From Amphiscolops sp. MND2022 (taxonomy: Eukaryota), in the NCBI GenBank assembly GCA_964187785.1, contig OZ076410.1, forward strand, positions 8,122,001-8,186,000: 64,000 nt of DNA, written 5' to 3'. Position numbers and translations under genes: made by a program. How positions within the stretch are numbered: position 1 is the first letter of the stretch; each line of letters starts with the position of its first letter. The notes beneath the pieces were generated by a model. It saw nothing but the letters and a program-made list of their open reading frames with translations. It ran no database searches and was not told the DNA's origin. Shown piece after piece: positions 51,101 to 63,100 of the stretch.

Positions 51101-54100
51101 ATATAAACTAAAAACACAACAACGTCAAAGTCACATCACTCTATTTATATCCTTCAGATTGTGTTATCGTGGCATCCTAAATATTATCTCTAAAACCCTA
51201 GAAACGTATTGCAAAATGATATATGAAGCGTTCCAAACGTTATTCAACGACATAAAGATACATGACTACAAAAACGTTGAAAATACAGCTGAAATGTGTA
51301 TTGCCGCATATGCTGTATCCTTCGTACCGTAGGGTGACGTATACAACACAGAGACATTGTTATTCAAAGCGAACAGTAGCGTATATACATTATAATTCAC
51401 ATCGGATGGTTATTTGCAACTCCATTGCGAAAACCGCATGATGACGTATATACGATATTGCATAAACTGCCTAACAGCGTATAGTGGTATTAAAGAAACG
51501 CATATTACCGCACATGCGGTTTGCCCAAAAACGTATGTTGACGTATAGTCAAAAAACGTACAATGCCGCCAATTCGTAAAACCAGTTTACGTATAATGAC
51601 GTGTACAAAACATTTCAAAAATGATCTTTGACGCTTCTACGTCATACCATTTACAGTATAACGACGCATAATGAAATCAAAATCTGTAAAATGGATAGTT
51701 TTATATTACCATTCATGATGAGTCTCATGTTCAAGCACCTTCTGAATGGAGGGAGCGATTCACATTCGCTGGTTTAGAAATAGCTCAAAATTAATCAATC
51801 ACGGATATAAATACAGAATTTACATGACATAATTGAAAATGAATACAAAATCAAATGTACCAGGACTCAAATTGTTTGTTGGTAATGTTTCCTCTGCTTT
51901 CTTTCATCACATTTGCACAACGGAGCCATCGCATCTCTGTGGCTGCGACATTCCATTGAAAAAGAACCCATTGGGCAAAGTTCTAGACGTTTTTGTGAAC
52001 TGAATTTCTTTTTCAATGAAAAGTTCGTGAAGAACGTGATCAATTTTTTATTTCCATTCTTTTTTGAAAAGATCGCTGAAAAAACTGTTTTGCAAACTAC
52101 ACTCAAGACCAAAAGTCTTAGCAAAACAGTTTTTTCAGCGATCTTTTCAAAAATGAACGGAAATAAAAAACTGATCACGCTCTTCACGAGTTTTTCAAGT
52201 TGTTCAAACGGAAATTGAAAAAAGAATGAATGAAAAATTGTCTAACCGGATGTTTGATTTGTTCATGAACAAATCAAACATCCGGTTATACAGCTTTTCA
52301 TTCATTCTTCTATCAATTTCCGTTTGAACAACTTGAAAAATAGGCGATGTTATTTTTATTTGGTAAGTAAACTGTCCGGGCCGTGTCTCACGATGTTGAT
52401 TTTATTTTTGGTACCTGCCCAAGAGAACGGGATATATTGGATAAGAAATATGGTCCATTGATAATGACAATTGGATAATTAAATTAACATTAATTTTAAA
52501 CATTATTTTAAAGTAAATTTGAAATTGTGCGTCGTTCAAAATTGATCAACAATTAATTCTTTGGTCCCAATTTTTGCACTAACGATTTTGACGACGGACT
52601 TATTCGAACTTAGTTTCTCATTTACCTGTGACCGAGGTTTCTGCTAAAATTAGTCTCCACATTTTCATCTGTTTTATATTTACAGTACATACAAGATGTA
52701 CAGTATTTGAGATGTATGGACCAAATACCAGCAAGTTAAGGTTGCCTTTAGCAAATACACCCAATAGTAAAAGCGTGGCAAACTTGGAATTAAAAGCGTG
52801 TAATACGTGGTTTGTTTACATGTATTCAATTTGGAAACTATACACAAACCAGGAGTTTCAAATCAGAACTGTTAAAATTTTCAATTTAGTCTACTGCAGG
52901 GATTGGTAAAAATTAATTGCAATTAATTGGAGGCTAATTTTGGGAAACAATCAATTAATTTTAATTGGTCGTTTTTCCAATCAATTATTGCAATTAATTG
53001 CAATTAATTGCACAATTCAAACTAAAAAGAAAAAAGTTTTATTTTTCAAAAGATAGCTGTCTCAAAGCATATTTACTGTTGTTAACTCGTTTTCACGTTT
53101 CATTTCCATTAATTTTCGCGGATCCCTGAGTGAAAGTTCTTGAACTATTTTTGGAAGCCGAATTGTGATACATATAATACATGAGTTAATACCAAGTTAA
53201 GGTATAATTGCAGTTAATTGCATGTTTTGCAATCAATTAATTGGTTTTATCGACGGCTGACAATTATTTGTGAGAAGAGATGTGAAATATTGTATTAAAA
53301 TATATTTTTTTCAAAAAAATAAATATATTGTTTGATTCAATTTCAGCAATAAATATATTGTATTTATTGTCCTGTAATATTTTAGAAAAACAATAGATTG
53401 TGAAATATTTTATTGGGCAGAGAAACATTCATTTACAAGGCAAACATCCGAATGTTGTTATTTGTATAAAGGAAGACTACAATCTCGAAATTAATTATGC
53501 ATATTGAACAGCTTAGTGAATTTCTCCCTGAATAGTCTTTCACTTCTAGTCTAGAGCTCTACAATATATTGCGCAAAAAATATTGCAAAATAGAAATAAA
53601 ATTTCATTTAATATGCATTTTAAACGGCCGTTTAAAATGCATATTAAATGAAATTCTATTTCTATTTTGCCATAATTTTTTTGCGCAATATATTGTAGAG
53701 CTCTGACAATATTTGCCTTATTTCATTAAATATATTGTATTTTTGCTCCAACTAAATAAATATATTAATTGTATTTAATTGCAATACATTGCAATACAAT
53801 ATAAATGTTTACACCTCTGATTGTGAGAGATAATTGCAATTACATGTAATTGCAATGCAATCAATTTTTACCAATCCCTGGTCTACTGTATTTACTGTAC
53901 ACGACTGTGTTCATCAATGGCAATGCGTACAAAAATTTGAAACCCCAATTGTCTTGAAGTGTGAACGTTGAACTTTGAAAAGTGATCTTAATGTGAACTT
54001 TGCTGATTTGATGACATGAACAATTGTTTAAATTCAACAGTGAGTGCAATTTCTTTGAAAGCGTGAATAAAACAAGTGTGATTCATATTTTGAGCACACG

Positions 54101-57100
54101 AGGTGTGAAAACAAAAGCAGCGAATGTACTTCCGTACCAGTTCACATCTTAGCTTACTTTTAAAAAAGAATGTTATTCTTCAGCAGCGATTCTTGAAACT
54201 GTAGTTTACATTAAAAAATGACCCAAAAAGGCATAGATATAAAAATCGTTTTGAAGTCCAATAAAAGTACAATGGTGTCCTAAAAGCATATGCGACTTAA
54301 TTGCGTAAAATGTCACATTTCGTTGTCTGAAATGTCAAGAAAAGTAAAAGTTCCTGAGAATTTCATTACGATTACAAGGATTTTTTTAAAATTCCTACGA
54401 GCAGTTTTAAAAAGTTACAAAATCCAATTTTACAATCTAAATAACTTAAATAGCAGCTTTTCTATATTTTGATTAAGTTCCATTTGATGTTGTGGCCGAA
54501 GTTCAAGTAAAAGAAACTTGAAATCTCTGGGGAGGGGGAATGAGATCTAAAGAATAAGATCTAAATTAATAAGATCCAAAATTGTGACATGCTCAACTTC
54601 GAAAAGGGGAATAAGATCTAAAAATTTAGATCTTATTCCCTTCAAATCTTATTCTTTAGAGAAGGGGAATAAGATCTAAAATGCATTGATTTTAGATCTT
54701 ATTCCCTTTAGATTTTATTCCCGTCCTGAAATTTTAGATCTTATTCCCTTTAGATCTTATTACCTTTTTTGACTTTAGATCTTATTCTTTAAATCTTATT
54801 CCCCCCTCTAAAATCTCTGAAACATCATGTGCCGGTATTTTTGGGTTCCGAAAATAATCGAGGGGTTTATTCATATCTTTATACATGTAATTTCAAATTT
54901 CTTCATGCAAAATTTTAGATTTATTTCTTTTTTTTTCGAAGTAACCCGGAAAACAAAAAACACCATGCCATGGCGTTATAGAAAAGCTGCTATTTCATTT
55001 ATTTAGATCGCATTTATTCAGAATGCATTCAAGAGAAAGAGGGGAATTTCGATGCTAAAACTACCGAGTAAATTTTTGAATTTTGGCTGTGGGAATTAAA
55101 ATCAGGGGCTGTCAAAAATTAATTTTTTCACAACAATCAATTATAGGGTTTACCAATCAATTAATTGTAATTGCTAGTTCGTAACAATCAATTATTGCAA
55201 TTAATGGGTGCCTTTTGTTACGAGTTCTTAATCCCAGAACTTCTTATTTATCTTAAGAAAAATAAAGAGTGAACGTTTAGACTGATTTAAAAGATCGTAT
55301 CGAATAAAAGCTTGCAGTGAATTCGTCAAATTTGTCTGCAACCGATGTTACGTAATTTCCTGTTCGTAGGAATGATAATTTCATCTCTGAAAAAGAGCTC
55401 AGTGGCGTCGCAGTACATAGGTATTGCTGCACCAAATAATTGGCAATTAATTGGTAATCTGAAATCAATTAATTGTAATTGTGAAATGGCTGAAATCAAT
55501 TAATTGATTGCAATTAATTGCAATGTAATTGGAAGCAATTAATTTTTGACAGCCCCTGATTAGAATAAACCAATGAAATTTTAGACGCAAAAACTAATCA
55601 GCTAATGAGATTTGAGAATCGTTGGGTTTTGAGAACTGCTTAGTCGCATTCTTTTAGCTCAGCACTGTACAAAAAGAAGGTGGATAATTTCTTCTTCTAC
55701 GAGTGAAATAAATAGTCAAACTGTTTTTCAATTAAAGAATTGAAATAAATTATAACAGATGGATTTTTTCCATGAGTCCCCTCATCAATCTAATTCCCCT
55801 TCCCCTTATAAATGCTCAGTCAGCGGAATTGCCTGAGTAGCGGAAGTTATGAAGCAATCCAATTAGACTGGTTCATCCATGGTGAAATGTTCTCAGTTAG
55901 GCGGTCACCTGATCTCAGAAATTTAACCGATCGAATTTCAGCACCTTTCTCGTTCTCACTCTGTTTCCAAATAAGGAGACTAGTTGCCATAAAAATATAG
56001 AATATGAAGACGAAGTAGAATAAATGGTCACAGAAAACCCGAATTCAATTCACACATTCATAAAGGGAAGGGGACTTAGATTGATGAGGGGATTCATGGA
56101 AAAGATCCATGTTATTATTTATTTCAATTCTTTAATTGAAAAACAGTTTGAATATTTATTTCACTCGTAGAAGAAGAAAATATTCGGCCTTGAGCTTATA
56201 CCACAGGAAGTCACTATTAATCGAACCTTTTTTAAAGAACCGATGACTACGCTGTTTTAGCATCGTGGATCAGTAACTTAGATATTAAGGACTTCGGAAT
56301 ACACAAATTGTAGAGATGCCACAAAACCATTTAAGTAGTTTTACCCAAGCATTAATTCAATTTCTGACTGATATTATTCAGCACCGTATATGACATTTTG
56401 ACCAAAAAATTTATCATTTTTTTAAAATCATTTCTGCTACAAAAATTAATAGGGGGTGGGTTTGATGAACAGGGGAATTAACATGGAAGATCCATCGTAT
56501 TGACGCCCTGAAATTTCTATGAAGCGTCTCCTAAGATTAGTCTGTTGATTACCTTTTTCCAAGCCAAATAGAAACAACTTACCTTCAATATCAAAACCAC
56601 TTTCTTCGGTAGCTGCTTCGAAAGTAGAAGTGCTGGCAACGCCTTGAAACTCTTCAACGAAAGTTTCTCGAACTTTTTGCTCAAACATTTCTTCAACGTT
56701 ATCATCGATTACTGATAATTCCACTTCCTTATCATCCGTTTCCTCTGAACTAAAAACAACTTCAGCTGCATTCTGGTCTTGTGCCACTTCACTTGTGGTC
56801 ATGTCTACCTCGAAGTCCTTTTCACTGGTCTCAACTTCTTCGGCGCCGACTGCAATCTGCATTTCTTCAGTGGCATCCTCTCGTGTCACTTCTTCTCCAA
56901 CTTCAATCACCTCCTCCTTCTTTTCTTCTGAAACGCATATTCAAATATCTTTTGCTTGGTTTTGCAAACATGAGGTCGAACATGGGCCATTATTCTGACA
57001 AGACCGCGAGCATCAGCTCCGAGGTATGACATGCAACATTGATGGCTTCTCAAAATATGGAAGATCTTCGATTTGACATGTGCTGGACCCCACAAAAAAA

Positions 57101-60100
57101 ACAAAAGTAGTTTTTGATGAGATTCACACAATTATCGAAACACCGATACTGCAAAACAAAACACTTAGTTATCCCTTAGCACCTGGAAACAGCAAGAACT
57201 AGAACCTAAAACGTAGTAATAAAGACAAAGGATTCCATTCTACAAACCTTGTTCGACATCAGCTTCTTCAAAGGTGCTTTGAACGTTGCTGACTGTATTG
57301 GCGCTTTCTGAATCTTCCATGATTTTCAACTGGAACTGTTCTTCGTTGTCCGTCTCTTCAGAGAAGGTATCCATGTCAACCATGACATCCTCTGCTGCAG
57401 TGTCACTCTTCTGGCTACCACTCTCTACATCAAGATCGACGGATTCTTCGTCTTGTGCCACTTCACTTGTGGTCATGTCTACCTCGAAGTCCTTTTCACT
57501 GGTCTCAACTTCTTCGGCGCCGACTGCAATCTGCATTTCTTCAGTGGCATCCTCTCGTGTCACGTCTTCTCCAACTTCAATCACCTCCTCCTTCTTTTCT
57601 TCTGAAACGCATATTCAAATATCTTTTGCTTGGTTTTGCAAACATGAGGTCGAACATGGGTTATTATTCTGACAAGACCTCGAGTGTCAGCTTTGCGGTA
57701 TGACATGCAACATTGATGGCTTCTCAAAATATGGAAGACCTTCGATTTGAAATGCGCTGGATCCCACAAAAGAAACCAAAAGTGGTTTTTGATGTGATTC
57801 AAACACTTATCGAAACACCAATACCGCAAAATCAAAACACTTGGTTATCCCTTATCACCTGGAAACAGCAAGAACTAGAACCTAAAACGTAGTAATAAAG
57901 ACAAAGGATTCCATTCTACGAACCTTGTTCGACATCAGCTTCTTCAAAGGTGCTTTGAACGTTGCTGACTGTATTGGCGCTTTCTGAATCTTCCATGATT
58001 TTCAACTGGAACTGTTCTTCGTTGTCCGTCTCTTCAGAGAAGGTATCCATGTCAACCATGACATCCTCTGCTGCAGTGTCACTCTTCTGGCTACCACTCT
58101 CTACATCAAGATCGACGGATTCTTCGTCTTGTGCCACTTCACTTGTGGTCATGTCTACCTCGAAGTCCTTTTCACTGGTCTCAACTTCTTCGGCGCCGAC
58201 TGCAATCTGCATTTCTTCAGTGGCATCCTCTCGTGTCACGTCTTCTCCAACTTCAATCACCTCCTCCTTCTTTTCTTCTGAAACGCATATTCAAATATCT
58301 TTTGCTTGGTTTTGCAAACATGAGGTCGAACATGGGTTATTATTCTGACAAGACCTCGAGTGTCAGCTTTGCGGTATGACATGCAACATTGATGGCTTCT
58401 CAAAATATGGAAGACCTTCGATTTGAAATGCGCTGGATCCCACAAAAGAAACCAAAAGTGGTTTTTGATGTGATTCAAACACTTATCGAAACACCGATAC
58501 TGCAAAATCAAAACACTTAGTTATCCCTTAGCACCTGGAAACAGCAAGAACTAGAACCTAAAACGTAGTAATAAAGACAAAGGATTCCATTCTACGAACC
58601 TTGTTCGTTGTCAGCTTCTTCAAAGGTGCTTTGAACGTTGCTGACTGTATTGGCGCTTTCTGAATCTTCCATGATTTTCAACTGGAACTGTTCTTCGTTG
58701 TCCGTCTCTTCAGAGAAGGTATCCATGTCAACCATGACATCCTCTGCTGCAGTGTCACTCTTCTGGCTACCACGGCTACCACTCTCTACATCAAGATCGA
58801 CGGATTCTTCGTCTTGTGCCACTTCACTTGTGGTCATGTCTACCTCGAAGTCCTTTTCACTGGTCTCAACTTCTTCGGCGCCGACTGCAATCTGCATTTC
58901 TTCAGTGGCATCCTCTCGTGTCACTTCTTCTCCAACTTCAATCTCCTCCTCCTTCTTTTCTTCTGAAACATAGATTTAAATCTTTTGCTTGGTTTTGCAA
59001 ACATGAGGTCGAATCGAACATGGGGCATTTTTTGACAAGATTTCGAGCATCAGCTTCTAGGTATGAAATGCAACGAAGAACTCTTCTGAAGAAACGGAAG
59101 ACCTTCGCTTTGAAATGTGCTGGATCCCACAAGTGTTTTTTGTTGAGATTCGAGCATTTATCGAGAAACCGAATCCGCAATATAAAAACATCTGGTTGTC
59201 TCTTATCACGTAAAAAAACAACAACAAAAAAAAACAAAACACGAAACTAAAATGTAGTTAAAAAGACACAGGATTGTTTTCTGTGAACCTTGTTCGTTGT
59301 CAGCTTCTTCAAAGGTGCTTTGAACGTTGCTGACTGTATTGGCGCTTTCTGAATCTTCCATGATTTTCAACTGGAACTGTTCTTCGTTGTCCGTCTCTTC
59401 AGAGAAGGTATCCATGTCAACCATGACATCCTCTGCTGCAGTGTCACTCTTCTGGCTACCACTCTCTACATCAAGATCGACGGATTCTTCGTCTTGTGCC
59501 ACTTCACTTGTGGTCATGTCTACCTCGAAGTCCTTTTCACTGGTCTCAACTTCTTCGGCGCCGACTGCAATCTGCATTTCTTCAGTGGCATCCTCTCGTG
59601 TCACGTCTTCTCCAACTTCAATCACCTCTTCCTTCTTTTCTTCTGAAACGCATATTCAAATATCTTTTGCTTGGTTTTGCAAACATGAGGTCGAACATGG
59701 GTTATTATTCTGACAAGACCTCGAGCGTCAGCTTTGCGGTATGACATGCAACATTGATGGCTTCTCAAAATATGGAAGACCTTCGATTTGAAATGTGCTG
59801 GATCCCACAAAAGAACCCAAAAGTGGTTTTTGTTGTGATTCAAACAATTATCGAAACACCAATACCGCAGAATCAAAACACTTGGTTATCCCTTATCACC
59901 TGGAAACAGCAAGAACTAGAACCTAAAACGTAGTAATAAAGACAAAGGATTCCATTCTACGAACCTTGTTCGACATCAGCTTCTTCAAAGGTGCTTTGAA
60001 CGTTGCTGACTGTATTGGCGCTTTCTGAATCTTCCATGATTTTCAACTGGAACTGTTCTTCGTTGTCCGTCTCTTCAGAGAAGGTATCCATGTCAACCAT

Positions 60101-63100
60101 GACATCCTCTGCTGCAGTTTCACTCTTCTGGCTACCACTCTTTACATCAAGATCGACGGATTCTTCGTCTTGTGCCACTTCACTTGTGGTCATGTATACC
60201 TCGAAGTCCTTTTCACTGGTCTCAACATCTTCGGCGCCGACTGCAATCTGCATTTCTTCAGTGGCATCCTCTCGTGTCACTTCTTCTCCAACTTCAATCA
60301 CCTCCTCCTCCTTTTCTTCTGAAATGCATATTCAAATATCTTTTGCTTGGTTTTGCAAACATGAGGTCGAACATGGGCCATTATTCTGACAAGACCGCAA
60401 GCATTAGCTCCGAGGTATGACATGCAACAAAGATGGCTTCTAAAAATATGGAAGACCTTCGCTTTGAAATGTGCTGGCTCCTACAAAAGAAACCAAAAGT
60501 GGTTTTTGTTGTGATTCAAACAATTATCGAAACACCAATACCGCAAAATCAAAACACTTGGTTATCCCTTATCACCTGGAAACAGCAAGAACTAGAACCT
60601 AAAACGTAGTAATAAAGACAAAGGATTCCATTCTACGAACCTTGTTCGACATCAGCTTCTTCAAAGGTGCTTTGAACGTTGCTGACTGTATTGGCGCTTT
60701 CTGAATCTTCCATGATTTTCAGCTGGAACTGTTCTTCGTTGTCCGTCTCTTCAGAGAAGGTATCCATGTCAACCATGACATCCTCTGCTGCAGAGTCACT
60801 CTTCTGGCTACCACTCTTTACATCAAGATCGACGGATTCTTCGTCTTGTGCCACTTCACTTGTGGTCATGTCTACCTCGAAGTTCTTTTCACTGGTCTCA
60901 ACATCTTCGGCGCCGACTGCAATCTGCATTTCTTCAGTGGCATCCTCTCGTGTCACTTCTTCTCCAACTTCAATCACCTCCTCCTTCTTTTCTTCTGAAA
61001 CGCATATTCAAATATCTTTTGCTTGGTTTTGCAAACATGAGGTCGAACATGGGCCATTATTCTGACAAGACCGCAAGCATTAGCTCCGAGGTATAACATG
61101 CAACAAAGATGGCTTCTAAAAATATGGAAGACCTTCGCTTTGAAATGTGCTGGCTCCTACAAAAGAAACCAAAAGTGGTTTTTGATGAGATTCACACAAT
61201 TATCGAAACACCGATACTGCAAAATCAAAACACTTAGTTATCCCTTAGCACCTGGAAACAGCAAGAACTAGAACCTAAAACGTAGTAATAAAGACAAAGG
61301 ATTCCATTCTACGAACCTTGTTCGACATCAGCTTCTTCAAAGGTGCTTTGAACGTTGCTGACTGTATTGGCGCTTTCTGAATCTTCCATGATTTTCAACT
61401 GGAACTGTTCTTCGTTGTCCGTCTCTTCAGAGAAGGTATCCATGTCAACCATGACATCCTCTGCTGCAGTGTCACTCTTCTGGCTACCACTCTCTACATC
61501 AAGATCGACGGATTCTTCGTCTTGTGCCACTTCACTCGTGGTCATGTCTACCTCGAAGTCCTTTTCACTGGTCTCAACTTCTTCGGCGCCGACTGCAATC
61601 TGCATTTCTTCAGTGGCATCCTCTCGTGTCACTTCTTCTCCAACTTCAATCACCTCCTCCTTCTTTTCTTCTGAAACGCAGATTTAAATCTTTTGCTTGG
61701 TTTTGCAAACATGAGGTCGAACATGGGGCCATTATTCTGACAAGACCGCGAGCATCAGCTTCGAGGTATGACATGCAACAAAGATGGCTTCTCAAAATAT
61801 GGAAGACCTTCGCTTTGAAATGTGCTGGCTCCTACAAAAGAAACCAAAAGTGGTTTTTGATGAGATTCACACAATTATCGAAACACCGATACTGCAAAAT
61901 CAAAACACTTAGTTATCCCTTAGCACCTGGAAACAGCAAGAACTAGAACCTAAAACGTAGTAATAAAGACAAAGGATTCCATTCTACGAACCTTGTTCGA
62001 CATCAGCTTCTTCAAAGGTGCTTTGAACGTTGCTGACTGTATTGGCGCTTTCTGAATCTTCCATGATTTTCAACTGGAACTGTTCTTCGTTGTCCGTCTC
62101 TTCAGAGAAGGTATCCATGTCAACCATGACATCCTCTGCTGCAGAGTCACTCTTCTGGCTACCACTCTTTACATCAAGATCGACGGATTCTTCGTCTTGT
62201 GCCACTTCACTTGTGGTCATGTCTACCTCGAAGTTCTTTTCACTGGTCTCAACATCTTCGGCGCCGACTGCAATCTGCATTTCTTCAGTGGCATCCTCTC
62301 GTGTCACTTCTTCTCCAACTTCAATCACCTCCTCCTTCTTTTCTTCTGAAACGCAGATTTAAATCTTTTGCTTGGTTTTGCAAACATGAGGTCGAACATG
62401 GGGCCATTATTCTGACAAGACCGCAAGCATTAGCTCCGAGGTATAACATGCAACAAAGATGGCTTCTAAAAATATGGAAGACCTTCGCTTTGAAATGTGC
62501 TGGCTCCTACAAAAGAAACCAAAAGTGGTTTTTGATGAGATTCACACAATTATCGAAACACCGATACTGCAAAATCAAAACACTTAGTTATCCCTTAGCA
62601 CCTGGAAACAGCAAGAACTAGAACCTAAAACGTAGTAATAAAGACAAAGGATTCCATTCTACGAACCTTGTTCGACATCAGCTTCTTCAAAGGTGCTTTG
62701 AACGTTGCTGACTGTATTGGCGCTTTCTGAATCTTCCATGATTTTCAACTGGAACTGTTCTTCGTTGTCCGTCTCTTCAGAGAAGGTATCCATGTCAACC
62801 ATGACATCCTCTGCTGCAGTGTCACTCTTCTGGCTACCACTCTCTACATCAAGATCGACGGATTCTTCGTCTTGTGCCACTTCACTCGTGGTCATGTCTA
62901 CCTCGAAGTCCTTTTCACTGGTCTCAACTTCTTCGGCGCCGACTGCAATCTGCATTTCTTCAGTGGCATCCTCTCGTGTCACTTCTTCTCCAACTTCAAT
63001 CACCTCCTCCTTCTTTTCTTCTGAAACGCAGATTTAAATCTTTTGCTTGGTTTTGCAAACATGAGGTCGAACATGGGGCCATTATTCTGACAAGACCGCG

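Larger units (their letters stand above)
52897..53880. mobile_element. hAT-like MITE with perfect 8-bp TSD
   Basis: TIR CAGGGATTGGTAAAAATT at both ends; TSD GTCTACTG at 52889-52896 and 53881-53888; subterminal AATTAATTGC repeats. Confidence 0.88.

Noticed and set aside
51230-51700. Stretch with recurring GACGTATA-like motifs
   Set aside because: Probably a TE interior, but I found no TIR or TSD, so it is not called.
51867-52218. Opposing 101-106 aa ORFs that look alike on both strands
   Set aside because: Artefact of the 69-bp hairpin.
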